From an uncultured Acidimicrobiales bacterium (lineage in GTDB: Bacteria; Actinomycetota; Acidimicrobiia; Acidimicrobiales; SZUA-35), in contig CAKZXA010000019.1 in NCBI GenBank assembly GCA_937922045.1, positions 2,315-66,314 of the forward strand: a DNA stretch of 64,000 nt. Reading direction: 5' to 3'. Below, one piece after another: positions 43,256 to 53,160 of the stretch. The notes beneath the pieces were generated by a model. That model was not told the origin of the DNA. It made no database searches and was given only the letters and a program-made list of their open reading frames with translations. Numbering within the stretch: the first letter of the stretch is position 1; every line of letters begins with the position of its first letter. Position numbers and translations under genes: made by a program.

Positions 43256-44578
43256 GTGGAGATCAGTATCGGAGTCTCGAAGAATATGCAGCCGCAAAGC
43301 CAGCGCTCAAACCGCCGCGCCCCTCGTGGTGCGACCCCACCTGCCCGCACCATCAGGCCATTAGCCGCCATCGTCTGTCTGGCCCTAGCCGGATGCGGGG
43401 GCGGTGATGAGACAGCCGACGACATCGCCATAGCCGCTCGGAGCGAGCAGACAGCGTCCTCGACGACGACGGTTCCTGACGCCACCTCCACCTCGGAGGT
43501 TGACCTCGCCTACGCCGCCGACGAACCGCAAGCCGAGTCGACGACACCGACGACCGCCGGTAGCGGACTCCCTCCGGTGACCACCATTGTCGGTCCTAGC
43601 GGAGGAGACCCCGACAACATCTACATCGGCACGATCGGGTCCTTGTCGCTCGACACGCTCACCCTCGACCAGGAGGTTGCCGATGCCCTTGCCGATCCGC
43701 CGAAGCTACAACCGGGCACGCACCCGCTGACCGGTCTGCCTGGCGAACTCATCGATCGGCCAGCCGCTGTCGTGAAGATCGACAACGGACCCGCAGCCTC
43801 ACCCCACACCGGTCTGAACGCGGCCGACATCGTGATCGAGGAAGAGGTTGAGGGAGGTGTAACCCGCTTCGCCGCGATCTTCCAGTCGAACTCGTCGATT
43901 GTGGGCCCGGTTCGCTCCGGGCGCACCACCGACGTAACACTCATCAGCTCCCTCGGTCAGCCTCTTCTGATGTACTCGGGCGCCAACGACATCACCGAAG
44001 GCATCCTCCGTCGCCATAGCCACATCCAGAATCACAGCTTCGCCACATCGTCGGGCTACTGGCGCGACGAATCTCGCAAGGCGCCGTCGAACCTCTACAC
44101 CGACACGGCGCCGCACTGGGCGTCGGCCGATGGTTCGGCCCCACCGGCCCAGTTCGCGTACCGGTCCGGCGACACCGGTGCCGACGGCATGAGCGCCCCC
44201 GAGATCGTGATCGACTACGGCGCCAACCGGGCGGTCTGGCATTGGCATGAAGGCAAGTGGGACCGCAGCCAGCGAGGCAAACGCCATCTGCTCGCCAACG
44301 GTGAGCAGGTCTCAGCGGCCAACGTCATTATCCTCGAGGCCGAACGGGTGGCAACCGGCATGACCGACGCCGCCGGTGGCATCGTGCCGGAATTTCCCTT
44401 TGTCGGTTCAGGACGAGCCGTTGTCTTCACCGATGGTGAACGTCTAGACGGCACGTGGACGAAGCCACGCCTCGGCGACGTTGCGGTGCTGACCGATCGA
44501 AATGACGCTGTCATCGAGCTGACGCCGGGCAGAACCTGGATCCAGCTCGTCGAGTCTGGAAAGGGGATGTGGCGATGA
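43256..44578 (+). CDS. DUF3048 domain lipoprotein
   Basis: Lipobox LALAGC and the conserved block PLTGLPG...RPAAVVKIDNGPAASPHTGLNAADIVIEEEVEGGVTRFAAIF. Confidence 0.65.
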   Translation: MEISIGVSKNMQPQSQRSNRRAPRGATPPARTIRPLAAIVCLALAGCGGGDETADDIAIAARSEQTASSTTTVPDATSTSEVDLAYAADEPQAESTTPTTAGSGLPPVTTIVGPSGGDPDNIYIGTIGSLSLDTLTLDQEVADALADPPKLQPGTHPLTGLPGELIDRPAAVVKIDNGPAASPHTGLNAADIVIEEEVEGGVTRFAAIFQSNSSIVGPVRSGRTTDVTLISSLGQPLLMYSGANDITEGILRRHSHIQNHSFATSSGYWRDESRKAPSNLYTDTAPHWASADGSAPPAQFAYRSGDTGADGMSAPEIVIDYGANRAVWHWHEGKWDRSQRGKRHLLANGEQVSAANVIILEAERVATGMTDAAGGIVPEFPFVGSGRAVVFTDGERLDGTWTKPRLGDVAVLTDRNDAVIELTPGRTWIQLVESGKGMWR

Positions 44579-45972
44579 CGAAACCTCTCCTCCGCCTCGT
44601 GTCATTGCTGCTGGCTGGAACACTGGTGGCGTGCACCGGCGCCGATTCGGAGACCACCGACGCTGGCCAACCCATCGACGCGACCGACGGTTCCGTGCCG
44701 GAAACGAGTGAGGCATCGACCTCGACGACCGAGGATCGACCGACGACGACAAAGCGGCGAGGAACCTCGACGAAACCGTCGACCTCGGCGACCGCTTCGA
44801 CAGCCTCATCGACAGCCGATTCGACGACGAGTTCGACGCTCGGTTCCACCGCCAGCACAACCGACAGCTCAGCTGCTGGCTCATCGGCTGGCGAAGGGTC
44901 GACGACATCATCGACAACCGTCTCGTCGAGCGTGGCCACCATCACCCCCTCAACGGTCGGAAGTGGCCTCGGAGCGGTGACAACCGTGGCCGGCGGTACT
45001 ACCACCGATGGCGGCATCTACCAGGGAATCCTTGGGAAGCTGTCCCGCGACGAGCAGGTGGTAAGCGCCGCAGGTCCACAGCCGACGGCGGCGAGCGGCG
45101 TGATGCCCCTCACCGGCCAATCGGGCAACGTTCCCAATCGGCCAGCCGCTGTGGTCAAGATAGACAACGGTGGGCCCGCCCGACCTCAGACCGGACTGAA
45201 CGCCGCCGACATTGTTATCGAGGAAGAGGTGGAAGGCGGCATCACGCGTTTCGCTGCCATCTTCCACTCCCAATCCACGATTGTCGGCCCGGTTCGCTCG
45301 GCGCGTACCACCGACATCGGAATCATCAACGGATTCGGATCCCCACTTCTGATGTACTCGGGGGCCAATGAGGTCACCGACAATCTGATTCGAAGTCAGC
45401 CGACCGTGCAGAACCGCAACGCTGGTACCTCGTCGGGCTACTGGCGCAGCAGTAACCGTCGTGCGCCGTCCAATCTCTACACCGATACCGCTCCCCATTG
45501 GTCGTCTTCGTCGTCTGGACCGCCCAAGCCCCAGTTTCACTATCGCAGCGGCGATGAGGCGGTGGCTGGTGGCCAGGAAGGGGTGGAAGACACCGACTTC
45601 TCGGTCCATTACCGGGCCAACACCGCTGGTTGGACGTGGGTCGGTTCTCATTATGTGCGAACCCAGGGTGGCAGCGCTCACATGACGGCTGCGGCCGGCC
45701 AAGTGGCCTCAACGAATGTTGTCGTGATCGAGGCCAAGGAGGTAGCGACGGGGATGGTCGATTCCTCCGGTGCCACCGTGCCCGAGTTCGTCTTTGTTGG
45801 AAGCGGCAAGGCCACCGCCTTCGTGGGTGGCCGCCGCTACGAAGGCACCTGGACCAGGCCTCGCCTGGCCGACGCTGCCGTGCTCACCACCGCCGACGGC
45901 AGCCTGATCAAGCTCAATCCCGGTCGCACCTGGATCGAGCTCATCGAGGCTGGCTCTGGGGCTTTGAAGTAG
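44569..45972 (+). CDS. DUF3048 domain lipoprotein (tandem paralog with long S/T-rich linker)
   Basis: Lipobox LVAC and the same conserved block (RPAAVVKIDNGGPARPQTGLNAADIVIEEEVEGGITRFAAIF). Overlaps the upstream paralog by 10 nt. Confidence 0.65.
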   Translation: MAMTKPLLRLVSLLLAGTLVACTGADSETTDAGQPIDATDGSVPETSEASTSTTEDRPTTTKRRGTSTKPSTSATASTASSTADSTTSSTLGSTASTTDSSAAGSSAGEGSTTSSTTVSSSVATITPSTVGSGLGAVTTVAGGTTTDGGIYQGILGKLSRDEQVVSAAGPQPTAASGVMPLTGQSGNVPNRPAAVVKIDNGGPARPQTGLNAADIVIEEEVEGGITRFAAIFHSQSTIVGPVRSARTTDIGIINGFGSPLLMYSGANEVTDNLIRSQPTVQNRNAGTSSGYWRSSNRRAPSNLYTDTAPHWSSSSSGPPKPQFHYRSGDEAVAGGQEGVEDTDFSVHYRANTAGWTWVGSHYVRTQGGSAHMTAAAGQVASTNVVVIEAKEVATGMVDSSGATVPEFVFVGSGKATAFVGGRRYEGTWTRPRLADAAVLTTADGSLIKLNPGRTWIELIEAGSGALK

Positions 45973-46007
45973 CTACCTGAAAGAGCTACCTGAAAGGGCT
46001 CCTGAAG
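45971..46007. repeat. 2 perfect copies plus 1 degenerate copy of a 13-bp tandem repeat (AGCTACCTGAAAG), starting within the stop codon of the DUF3048 gene
   Basis: Read directly. Confidence 0.9.
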
Positions 46008-46040
46008 TTAGATGCCTGCGTAGCAGGGGATATCGACAGA

Positions 46041-46703
46041 TCAGCGTTGAACGAAGCTGTCCCAGTGGGTGGTTTCGCTCGCTGGCAGTCTGGCTGCGAG
46101 CTTGAAGTCGGTGCCCTTGGTGTAGGCCACGGGGAAAAGGCCGACCTGGGTGTATTCGTCGTAGGGAATGCCGAGCAACTCGGCGGTGCGCTTCTCGTCG
46201 GGGAGATGCAGCGTGGTCCAGGCCGAGCCGAGACCTCTTGCCCGCAGGGCGAGCATGAAGCTCCACACAGCTGGCAGTATCGAACCCCACTGGCTGGCTT
46301 GGGCGAAGGTCGGCAACCCTTCATCGAGGCGGCCTTCGATCATCGGAATAACCAGGTAGGGCGCGAGATGAAAGTTGTCGGCCAGGTAGTAGGCCGAGCT
46401 CCGGACTGCGCCCTGACGCTCGGCCCTGGTATCGGCCGGGTCGTAGGTGGCCCCTGGCTGCTCGGCATAGGCGTAGAAGTGGGTGGCATACATCTCGGCC
46501 ACCGCCTTCTTCTTTGCCGGGTCGCCGATGACCATCCATTGCCAGGTCTGGCGATTCGACCCGCTCGGAGCCTGCTGGGCGATGTCGATGCAGTCGAGAA
46601 TAAGATCTCGTTCCACCGGCCGCTCGAAGTCCAATCGTTTTCGAACCGATCGGGTTGTTGTGAGGACGTCGTCGGCGCTGAGATTGAGATGGCTTGTGTT
46701 CAT
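46041..46703 (-). CDS. nitroreductase family protein
   Basis: TTRSVRKRLDFERPV...IAQQAPSGSNRQTWQWMVI is a typical nitroreductase N-terminal FMN-binding motif. Confidence 0.7.
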   Translation of the reverse strand: MNTSHLNLSADDVLTTTRSVRKRLDFERPVERDLILDCIDIAQQAPSGSNRQTWQWMVIGDPAKKKAVAEMYATHFYAYAEQPGATYDPADTRAERQGAVRSSAYYLADNFHLAPYLVIPMIEGRLDEGLPTFAQASQWGSILPAVWSFMLALRARGLGSAWTTLHLPDEKRTAELLGIPYDEYTQVGLFPVAYTKGTDFKLAARLPASETTHWDSFVQR

Positions 46704-46785
46704 GGCAGCAAGGTAGCACTGCCCGCACCATCGTCGCCCGTCCGGAAATGCTTGTGATCGGGATGATCCTGCCGACAGGGGTCAG

Positions 46786-47343
46786 ATGAACTATGCCGGG
46801 GAGAATCAACACAAAGCTGGGCTGAGGCTCTGGCCCCTCGCCGTTCTCGGATTGGCGCTCCTGTCGACCGCCTGTAGCAACAACACCACGATCCCAACGG
46901 TTGAAGAGATGGTCGCGTCGACGCGGGAAAGCCTGCTCGACGAGGGCATTGAACCCGACGTCACCGACTGTGTGCTCGAGTTGGCCGAACGTCGATTTCG
47001 CAGCGGTCCGCTCGGAGACCTGGCGCGCGAGGAGCTTGTGACGAGCTGCCGCGCCGCCCAAGAGGTGCTCAGCGGGGTGGCCGCTGGCCCCGGTTCCGCC
47101 GAAGACGCTGGCGATCTGGCCTTCACCGGGCCAAACACCTACGGCGACGATCGGGAGTTGGATCTTCTCTGGGACCGTTGCGAGGATGGCGACGGAGCGG
47201 CGTGCGATGAGCTCTTCGAGCGTTCACCGGTCGGCAGCGGCTATGAGGCCTTTGGCGTGAGCTGCGGTGATCGAGAGCAAGTCATGGACTGTGTCGAACT
47301 CCTCGAAGAACAGCCCGCTCCTGTACCCACAGGTGACGGTTGA
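46786..47343 (+). CDS. hypothetical lipoprotein
   Basis: Signal peptide with lipobox LSTAC, followed by an acidic Cys-containing mature region. Confidence 0.5.
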   Translation: MNYAGENQHKAGLRLWPLAVLGLALLSTACSNNTTIPTVEEMVASTRESLLDEGIEPDVTDCVLELAERRFRSGPLGDLAREELVTSCRAAQEVLSGVAAGPGSAEDAGDLAFTGPNTYGDDRELDLLWDRCEDGDGAACDELFERSPVGSGYEAFGVSCGDREQVMDCVELLEEQPAPVPTGDG

Positions 47344-47364
47344 TCGATGAACGGCGACGTCGGG

Positions 47365-48204
47365 CTATTGGACGTCGGGGTCCTTCTCGGAGAGAGCGTT
47401 ATCGAGATCGCTTCTGAGATGAAGCACCCGCTGGGGGAACGGGATCTCCACGCCGTTGGCGGCCAAGGTCTCACGAATGGTGATGGCCACCTCGCTGATG
47501 GCGAAGCGGGCGCTTAGCTCCTCGCTCGGGTGCCAGACTTGGGCGGCCAGATCAACACCGGAGTCACCGAACCCGGTGACGAAGACATCACCGGGTGGTG
47601 CTTCCCCTAGAGCTTCCACCGTGCGAATGGCCTTTGCTACTGCCCGTGCCGTATCCCGCAGGTTTGCATCATAGGAGACCTGGAAGGGCAGGACGGTTCG
47701 TCGGTAGAGAGAAGCTGTTTGATTGAGCAACGGCTCTTCGAGCACCTTCAGGTTTGGCAAAAAGACGGTCTCACCATCAAAGGTGACGAGGACCACCGCC
47801 CTGCCGGTGATGTCGATCACCGTTCCGGCGTGACCGTTGCTATGGATCTGATCCCCGGGCTTGATTGGACGCCGAGCGTGGAGCAAGAGGGCTCCCACCA
47901 GGTTGCCCAAAACAGGCTGCAGCGCCATCGCAATGATGATGCCGGAGATGCCGAGGGCGCCGAGAAGAGGACCAACCTCGACGTCTATTTGGCCGAGGAC
48001 AAAGGCTAGGGCTACCAGGGCGATGACGATCGTGAGCACGCGGCTCACGATGCTCGCTACGTAGGGTTCGAGCCGGAGAGGTTCGGCGATCGATCGAACG
48101 AGGCGTCGAGTAATCGTGGCCGCGAGCAGGGCGGCGACGATGACAATGCCAACGACGACCCAGTCCGACATCGTCGTCTGTTGCGCGAGCAGTAGCGGCA
48201 GCAC
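47365..48204 (-). CDS. mechanosensitive ion channel family protein (MscS-like)
   Basis: TM helices are followed by PIKPGDQIHSNGHAGTVIDITGRAVVLVTFDGETVFLPN, an MscS beta-domain signature. Confidence 0.75.
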   Translation of the reverse strand: MLPLLLAQQTTMSDWVVVGIVIVAALLAATITRRLVRSIAEPLRLEPYVASIVSRVLTIVIALVALAFVLGQIDVEVGPLLGALGISGIIIAMALQPVLGNLVGALLLHARRPIKPGDQIHSNGHAGTVIDITGRAVVLVTFDGETVFLPNLKVLEEPLLNQTASLYRRTVLPFQVSYDANLRDTARAVAKAIRTVEALGEAPPGDVFVTGFGDSGVDLAAQVWHPSEELSARFAISEVAITIRETLAANGVEIPFPQRVLHLRSDLDNALSEKDPDVQ

Positions 48205-48244
48205 CTCACGATCCTACCGCTGTCTAATGGTGCGCCGAGCGCTC

Positions 48245-49138
48245 TTACAACTCGGGCCAGCGCTGTTGGCCGACGGGCTTGCGGCGCTGGGACGGTTTTG
48301 GACCGAGGGCCCAGCGTCGCCGCCAGGCTCCAGCGTCGGGGCCCTCGCCTCCTGGTGTGGTCTCCTGGTAGGCGTTCTTGCGTGACTGCCACCACCCGGA
48401 GCTGAACTCGTCGGCGAGTTCAGCTATGCGTTTCTCGATTCGGGTTGCGAACTCGCGAGGATCCTCATCGTCGCTGGTGCGCAGCGGAGAGCCGAAGACA
48501 ACCGCGCATCGGGCCTTCGTCGGCCAGTTCTTTCCCTTTGGCAGGATGGTGCCGGTTCCGCTCAGATAGACGGGAACCACCGGCGTCTTACCTCGCTTGG
48601 CCAGAAAGGCGGCGCCGGGCCGGTGTTTCTGTTGCCAGCCGTCGGGGCTTCGTCCGCCCTCAGGGAAGATCAGGAGATTGCGGCCCTTCTTCAGCACGTC
48701 GAGGCTATTGCTGATCGAGAGTTTGGAGAGCCGGGTGCGTTCGATGGGGATGGCCCCGATGAAAAGTGCCGATAAGGCGCCCGACACCTTGTTGGGAAAG
48801 AAGTAGTCGGCCCCGGCGGCGATCGCTAGGTCGTCGCGCAGCTTTGGTGGCAAGGTGGCCAACAGCACGCTGGTGTCGGCGTGCGAATGATGGTTGGCGG
48901 CGAAAATCACCGGACCTTCAACATCCTTCAGGCGATCGAGGCCGATGACTCGGGGGTGGGCGTAGTATCGGACCGCCGGTTTGAAGAACCCGAGGACGGC
49001 CAACCTTCGCACGAACTTGGCTGCTGGCTGGTGGGCCCATTCCGTGTCGTAGTGCACACCGGTGGTAGGCGTGTGTTTCGGCTTCTCTACACCCCTAGGA
49101 GTGGCGGGGGATTGAGTTATGAATCGCAGCCAGCTCAT
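48245..49138 (-). CDS. lysophospholipid (1-acyl-sn-glycerol-3-phosphate) acyltransferase family protein
   Basis: HX4D motif NHHSHAD and the FPEGGRS motif. Confidence 0.85.
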   Translation of the reverse strand: MSWLRFITQSPATPRGVEKPKHTPTTGVHYDTEWAHQPAAKFVRRLAVLGFFKPAVRYYAHPRVIGLDRLKDVEGPVIFAANHHSHADTSVLLATLPPKLRDDLAIAAGADYFFPNKVSGALSALFIGAIPIERTRLSKLSISNSLDVLKKGRNLLIFPEGGRSPDGWQQKHRPGAAFLAKRGKTPVVPVYLSGTGTILPKGKNWPTKARCAVVFGSPLRTSDDEDPREFATRIEKRIAELADEFSSGWWQSRKNAYQETTPGGEGPDAGAWRRRWALGPKPSQRRKPVGQQRWPEL

Positions 49139-49151
49139 GTGTGTTTCTCGA

Positions 49152-50771
49152 TCAGTCCGTGACGTCGGCCATCAGGATGGGTGGGTTGTGGACGTGGGTG
49201 ATCGTTGGTTTGGGGCCGACGACATCTTCGGCCATCTCCAACGCGTCCTGCATGGTCGAGGCCGGTTTGAATCCAAGTCGCCGCACAGCCCGTTTGTCGC
49301 CTCCGACGATAATAACCTGCCCGAGGTAGGCCAGGGCATGCGAGCCCCAATACCACATGTAGAACGGATGAACGCCGTGGTAGGCGTTGCTGGTGCGGTA
49401 GAGGTGGCGATACCACTCATCTTCGGCGAACTGCTTCTCGTACCGTTTCTCGATCTCGATCGGATCGGTGGTCTCGGCCAGCACCTGCTCGAAGAAATCG
49501 ATGTACGAGGGATGGTGAACCGGATGAAACTCCCAGGGTGTTGGGTGGGTCATGATGAGCACGCCACCTTCACGGACCACCGGCTTGCCTCGGTAAAGGT
49601 TGAAGAAATAGCCGAGGCCTTGAACCATGACCAGGATTGGGTTCATGATCGAGTTGACGTTGTAGGGCGTGAGGTAGGGGAGCCCCATCGTCAGGATGTC
49701 GGTTTGTCCCTGGACGGGCACCAGGTGCTGGCGGTAAACCATCTCGGTGGTGCGCTTGTGGACTGCCTCAACCTCACCGGCCTGTACCGAGGTGAGTTCG
49801 TAGGGCGCCCTCCAGGCCTGGAAGACTTTGCGTTTTGCGGCCGACGGCATACGTTTCAGGCCCGTCTGCATGGCGGTAAAGGAGGCCCGATCTTTCATCG
49901 ACCATTCCCACTCCCGTTTCTGCAAGACCGACATGGGGCCTTCGTGGCCGAACACGTTGGTGTTCACCGTTGTTTCGATCTGGAAGATGCGAGGGCCGTG
50001 CTTCTTGATGATGTCGCCCTGGCGCCAGTTCGAGCGGTGGAGCTCGGAGTTGTCCTGGTCCATGAAGGATCGGGAGTGACGCATGGTCTTCACGTTGTGG
50101 TGCGCCTTCACGCCCTCATAGCCCGACAGCCCGGTGGCTGTGCTCTTCCAACCGCCATCCATCGATACCAGGTTGATGTTGACGTAGACGACCAGGTCGG
50201 ATTCGGCCGCTCGACGGTTCATCTGCACCGCTTCGTCATGGTCGGTGTGGCCGAGGATGACCATGTTCTCTGGGTCTTCGGCGTCGTGGTTGTAGAGCAG
50301 CCCGTCGGGGCTGAAGGCCTCAAACACACGATCGCCGACGGCATGACGAAGTTCGGCATCGGTCATACGTCGATGGAGACAGAGCGCCGCGATGATGTGG
50401 ACGTCGTCGACACCGGCGGCCGCGGCCATGTCGAGTACCGCCTCGATGATTCGCTGCCGGACGTCGGGTCGTTGCATCGGCGGCAAGGGCAGTGAGATGT
50501 CGTCGAAGGCAATGGTGAGCTTCATGCCCGGTCGCATCAGAGCCGGGAGAGGGTCGTCGTCGATCGGGTTGAGGAGGGCATCGACGATGGCGCCATCGGG
50601 GTCGGGCAGGCCGATCAGCGGCTCGCCGGGGTAGATCACCCGGCTACGGCCCACGGGAAGACGCTCCAGTCGGAACCCTTCACCGTGGTGAAACAGGATC
50701 GGTGGAGTCTGGCGATCGACTTCCAGCACGAAGCCGGGGCGTGGATTCGGACGGGGTTGATCTGTGCTCAT
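49152..50771 (-). CDS. LarA-like / DUF2088 domain protein (lactate racemase N-terminal domain family)
   Basis: The segments [15 protein letters not shown]...[12 protein letters not shown], then GGWKS and KAHHN, resemble the LarA fold by eye. Its 539 aa is longer than canonical LarA. Confidence 0.6.
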   Translation of the reverse strand: MSTDQPRPNPRPGFVLEVDRQTPPILFHHGEGFRLERLPVGRSRVIYPGEPLIGLPDPDGAIVDALLNPIDDDPLPALMRPGMKLTIAFDDISLPLPPMQRPDVRQRIIEAVLDMAAAAGVDDVHIIAALCLHRRMTDAELRHAVGDRVFEAFSPDGLLYNHDAEDPENMVILGHTDHDEAVQMNRRAAESDLVVYVNINLVSMDGGWKSTATGLSGYEGVKAHHNVKTMRHSRSFMDQDNSELHRSNWRQGDIIKKHGPRIFQIETTVNTNVFGHEGPMSVLQKREWEWSMKDRASFTAMQTGLKRMPSAAKRKVFQAWRAPYELTSVQAGEVEAVHKRTTEMVYRQHLVPVQGQTDILTMGLPYLTPYNVNSIMNPILVMVQGLGYFFNLYRGKPVVREGGVLIMTHPTPWEFHPVHHPSYIDFFEQVLAETTDPIEIEKRYEKQFAEDEWYRHLYRTSNAYHGVHPFYMWYWGSHALAYLGQVIIVGGDKRAVRRLGFKPASTMQDALEMAEDVVGPKPTITHVHNPPILMADVTD

Positions 50772-50777
50772 GCGTGC

Positions 50778-53114
50778 TTACCTGCGGCTACGTCGTAGGG
50801 ATGGGAGGGGGCCGAGCGGCAACGGTTTAGCTGCTCCGCCCTCGGCGGTTGACCAGAACTCGATAAGCCACCCACGCTTCGTGGCCATCGAGGCCAGGCG
50901 GGTTTCGGGGTTGATGGCCACCGGGAAGCCGACGGCATCGAGCAATGGTAGATCGGAGGAGGAGTCGGCGTAGGCAACCGATTCGGCCAGATCGATGTCA
51001 TGGAGTTCGGCATAGTCGCGCAGGGCTTGAGCTCTCACTTCGCCTGTTGGCGGCACGGCCTTGAGCTCCCCGGTGTACACGCCGTCGTTGTCGGTCATCT
51101 CGGCGCAGATGATGTCGTCGAACAGGGGAGCGAGCGGTTTGACGACCACATCGAGCGCACCGGTGATCAGCACGGTCTTGTGGCCGAGTCGTCGGTGTTC
51201 GCGCACCCGTCGTAAGGCATCGGGGAAAGCCTTGGTCAGGATGTGATCGGCCAGCAACTGTGGGCCGAGTCGGTCGAGCTCATCGACAGAAGCGCCTTCG
51301 TAGCGGCGATAGAAGTGGCGAAGGAAATCGGTGCGGTCGCGCTGGTCGAGGGCGAGAAGGCCGGGTGCTTCGGTGAGTGTCTTGAGGGTGAACCGGACGC
51401 GGTCGGCGGGTCCAAGGTTGCGGGTGGCTAGCCAGGCGTAGCTGAAGACCACGTTCGAAGCAATGATGGTGTTTTCTAGGTCGAAGGCAGCGAGTTGACG
51501 CTCTGGCGCCAGCACTCGTTTACGCAGCCTTTTGGTGCGTGCGTCGGGATCCGAACGCTCACCCGTGGTCTTGACCCTGGCGTGTTGGACAACCGTGGGG
51601 AGGTGGACCTGCTGCACGTAGACGTCCCAGTCGACGATCGCGGGATCACAACCGAACTCGGCCTTATCAGCGTCGTCTAAGGCATCGTGCAGGGCGATGA
51701 GGTTGTCGACGCCGTAGAGGGCCTCACATTCGGCGTAGGCCCCATAGATCTTGACGTAGCCGACGGCGCGTCCGACCTCTTCGCGCTGTTCTTCGACCTC
51801 GGCGTTCACCATTGCCTGCTTGCCCCGAAGAGGAAGCATTTTGAGCGCCTTGTCGGCCACATCAAGATTTCGCTGGATGCGATTGAGTCGTCGTTCCACC
51901 GCGCCACGCCCGGGAAACGACCAGGCCGGAACCGCTATTGGCTGGCCCTTGCGGTCATAGAGCGGGTTCTCGCCGAACCAGCTTGAAACAAGATTGACCA
52001 GACGACGGTATTGGAGAGGATTGCGGGTTCCCGAAGCGACCTGGGTTATGTCGATGTCGTCATTGCCAGCGTGACCTCGAGCGGCGACGGCGGCGATGGC
52101 GTTGACAACGATGTCGACCGGGATCACATCGACGACCCCTTCGGGGACGCCGGGAAATTCCTTAAGGAGGCCACGGGCGTAGCTGATGATGATGGGCTCA
52201 GCCATCCGGAAGCCCTTGATCCAGCCTGCCGTTGGTAACGACCAGGAGGATTCGATGATGGCGGGTCGAACGATTGAAACCCGCAGGTCGCCCTTTGACT
52301 CGTCTAAGGCTCGCTCGCCGAGCGCCTTCGTGTAGGCGTAGGCGTCGGGCCAGCCGAGCGATGCAGCCCGAGCCCGACCGGCTTCAACCAGATGATCGGA
52401 AACCCAGCGTTGACGGATCTGTTCGGTGCGGGCCGAGAGCAGGGGAGTGCCAGCAGCGCCGAGCTCATGCCTGGCCCGCTTGCGGAACGATTCAAGCTGC
52501 CCGGTGGAACGGGATTGAGCATCGGCGTCGGCTCGCGAGCGTCGCGCTGCGGTGACCTCTGATCGCCAGTCGACGTCGATGTGGAAGGGGCTGTCGCTCA
52601 ACAGTTGTTCGGGGGCGGCACCTCGCCGGTTGCCGGCGACGTAGCAGGTGGAGACCGAGATGAAGTGAGGCGAGACGCCAAGCTCGTTGAGCGTGTTGGC
52701 GATGCGGGTAGGGCCGAGCAGGTTGACCTCGACCGCACCATCTATCGGGGCGTCGAAACTGACCGTGGCCGCCGAATGAATAACGGTGTCGCACGAGGCA
52801 AACAAGCGACGACCTTCGTCGTCGAGACCAAGGCCATCCCGTCCGACATCGCCAACGACGACATGAACGCGGCGCTCGACTTCTTCCCAGAACTCGTCGG
52901 TGCCCGATTCGCTGCGCATGCGGTCGAAGGCGTCGTTGCGGAAGACTTCACGGCGCACTCGCTGAGCTGGGGTCGAACGTTTTCCTGCCCGCACCAACAA
53001 CACGAGTTCGCAGTCGGGTACGCCTCGCATCAGCCGTTCGACGAGCGCTGTGCCCAAAAAGCCGGTGGACCCCGTGATGGCGATGCGTTTGCCCGCGAGT
53101 TGATCGGCGATCAT
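50778..53114 (-). CDS. fusion protein: fatty acyl-CoA/thioester reductase-like SDR (NAD_binding_4) + HAD-IB hydrolase domain
   Basis: N-terminal domain: ITGSTGFLGTALVERL, VVGDV...LGL, IHSAATVSF and STCYVAG. C-terminal domain: FDLENTI (motif I variant), VLITGAL, GELKA and YADSSSDLPLL. The start is placed at ATG 53114. Confidence 0.75.
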   Translation of the reverse strand: MIADQLAGKRIAITGSTGFLGTALVERLMRGVPDCELVLLVRAGKRSTPAQRVRREVFRNDAFDRMRSESGTDEFWEEVERRVHVVVGDVGRDGLGLDDEGRRLFASCDTVIHSAATVSFDAPIDGAVEVNLLGPTRIANTLNELGVSPHFISVSTCYVAGNRRGAAPEQLLSDSPFHIDVDWRSEVTAARRSRADADAQSRSTGQLESFRKRARHELGAAGTPLLSARTEQIRQRWVSDHLVEAGRARAASLGWPDAYAYTKALGERALDESKGDLRVSIVRPAIIESSWSLPTAGWIKGFRMAEPIIISYARGLLKEFPGVPEGVVDVIPVDIVVNAIAAVAARGHAGNDDIDITQVASGTRNPLQYRRLVNLVSSWFGENPLYDRKGQPIAVPAWSFPGRGAVERRLNRIQRNLDVADKALKMLPLRGKQAMVNAEVEEQREEVGRAVGYVKIYGAYAECEALYGVDNLIALHDALDDADKAEFGCDPAIVDWDVYVQQVHLPTVVQHARVKTTGERSDPDARTKRLRKRVLAPERQLAAFDLENTIIASNVVFSYAWLATRNLGPADRVRFTLKTLTEAPGLLALDQRDRTDFLRHFYRRYEGASVDELDRLGPQLLADHILTKAFPDALRRVREHRRLGHKTVLITGALDVVVKPLAPLFDDIICAEMTDNDGVYTGELKAVPPTGEVRAQALRDYAELHDIDLAESVAYADSSSDLPLLDAVGFPVAINPETRLASMATKRGWLIEFWSTAEGGAAKPLPLGPLPSLRRSRR

Positions 53115-53147
53115 GACCTCAGGGTAGCGACCGCTCCACGATTGTTC

Positions 53148-53159
53148 TACCATTTGGTA
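53148..53159. promoter_or_regulatory. imperfect palindrome TACCAT/TTGGTA in the 46-bp divergent region; candidate TetR operator
   Basis: Read directly, with one mismatch. Confidence 0.3.
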
Positions 53160-53160
53160 A

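Noticed and set aside
46047-47061. Two long ORFs (236 aa plus strand, 246 aa minus strand) overlapping the nitroreductase and lipoprotein genes
   Set aside because: They have no motifs, and the alternative frames carry clear nitroreductase and lipobox signatures.
49119-50495. 458-aa plus-strand ORF antisense to the LarA-like gene
   Set aside because: Its Val/Gly/His/Asp-rich translation is unlike real proteins, and it lies opposite a family-assignable gene in a tightly packed minus-strand operon.
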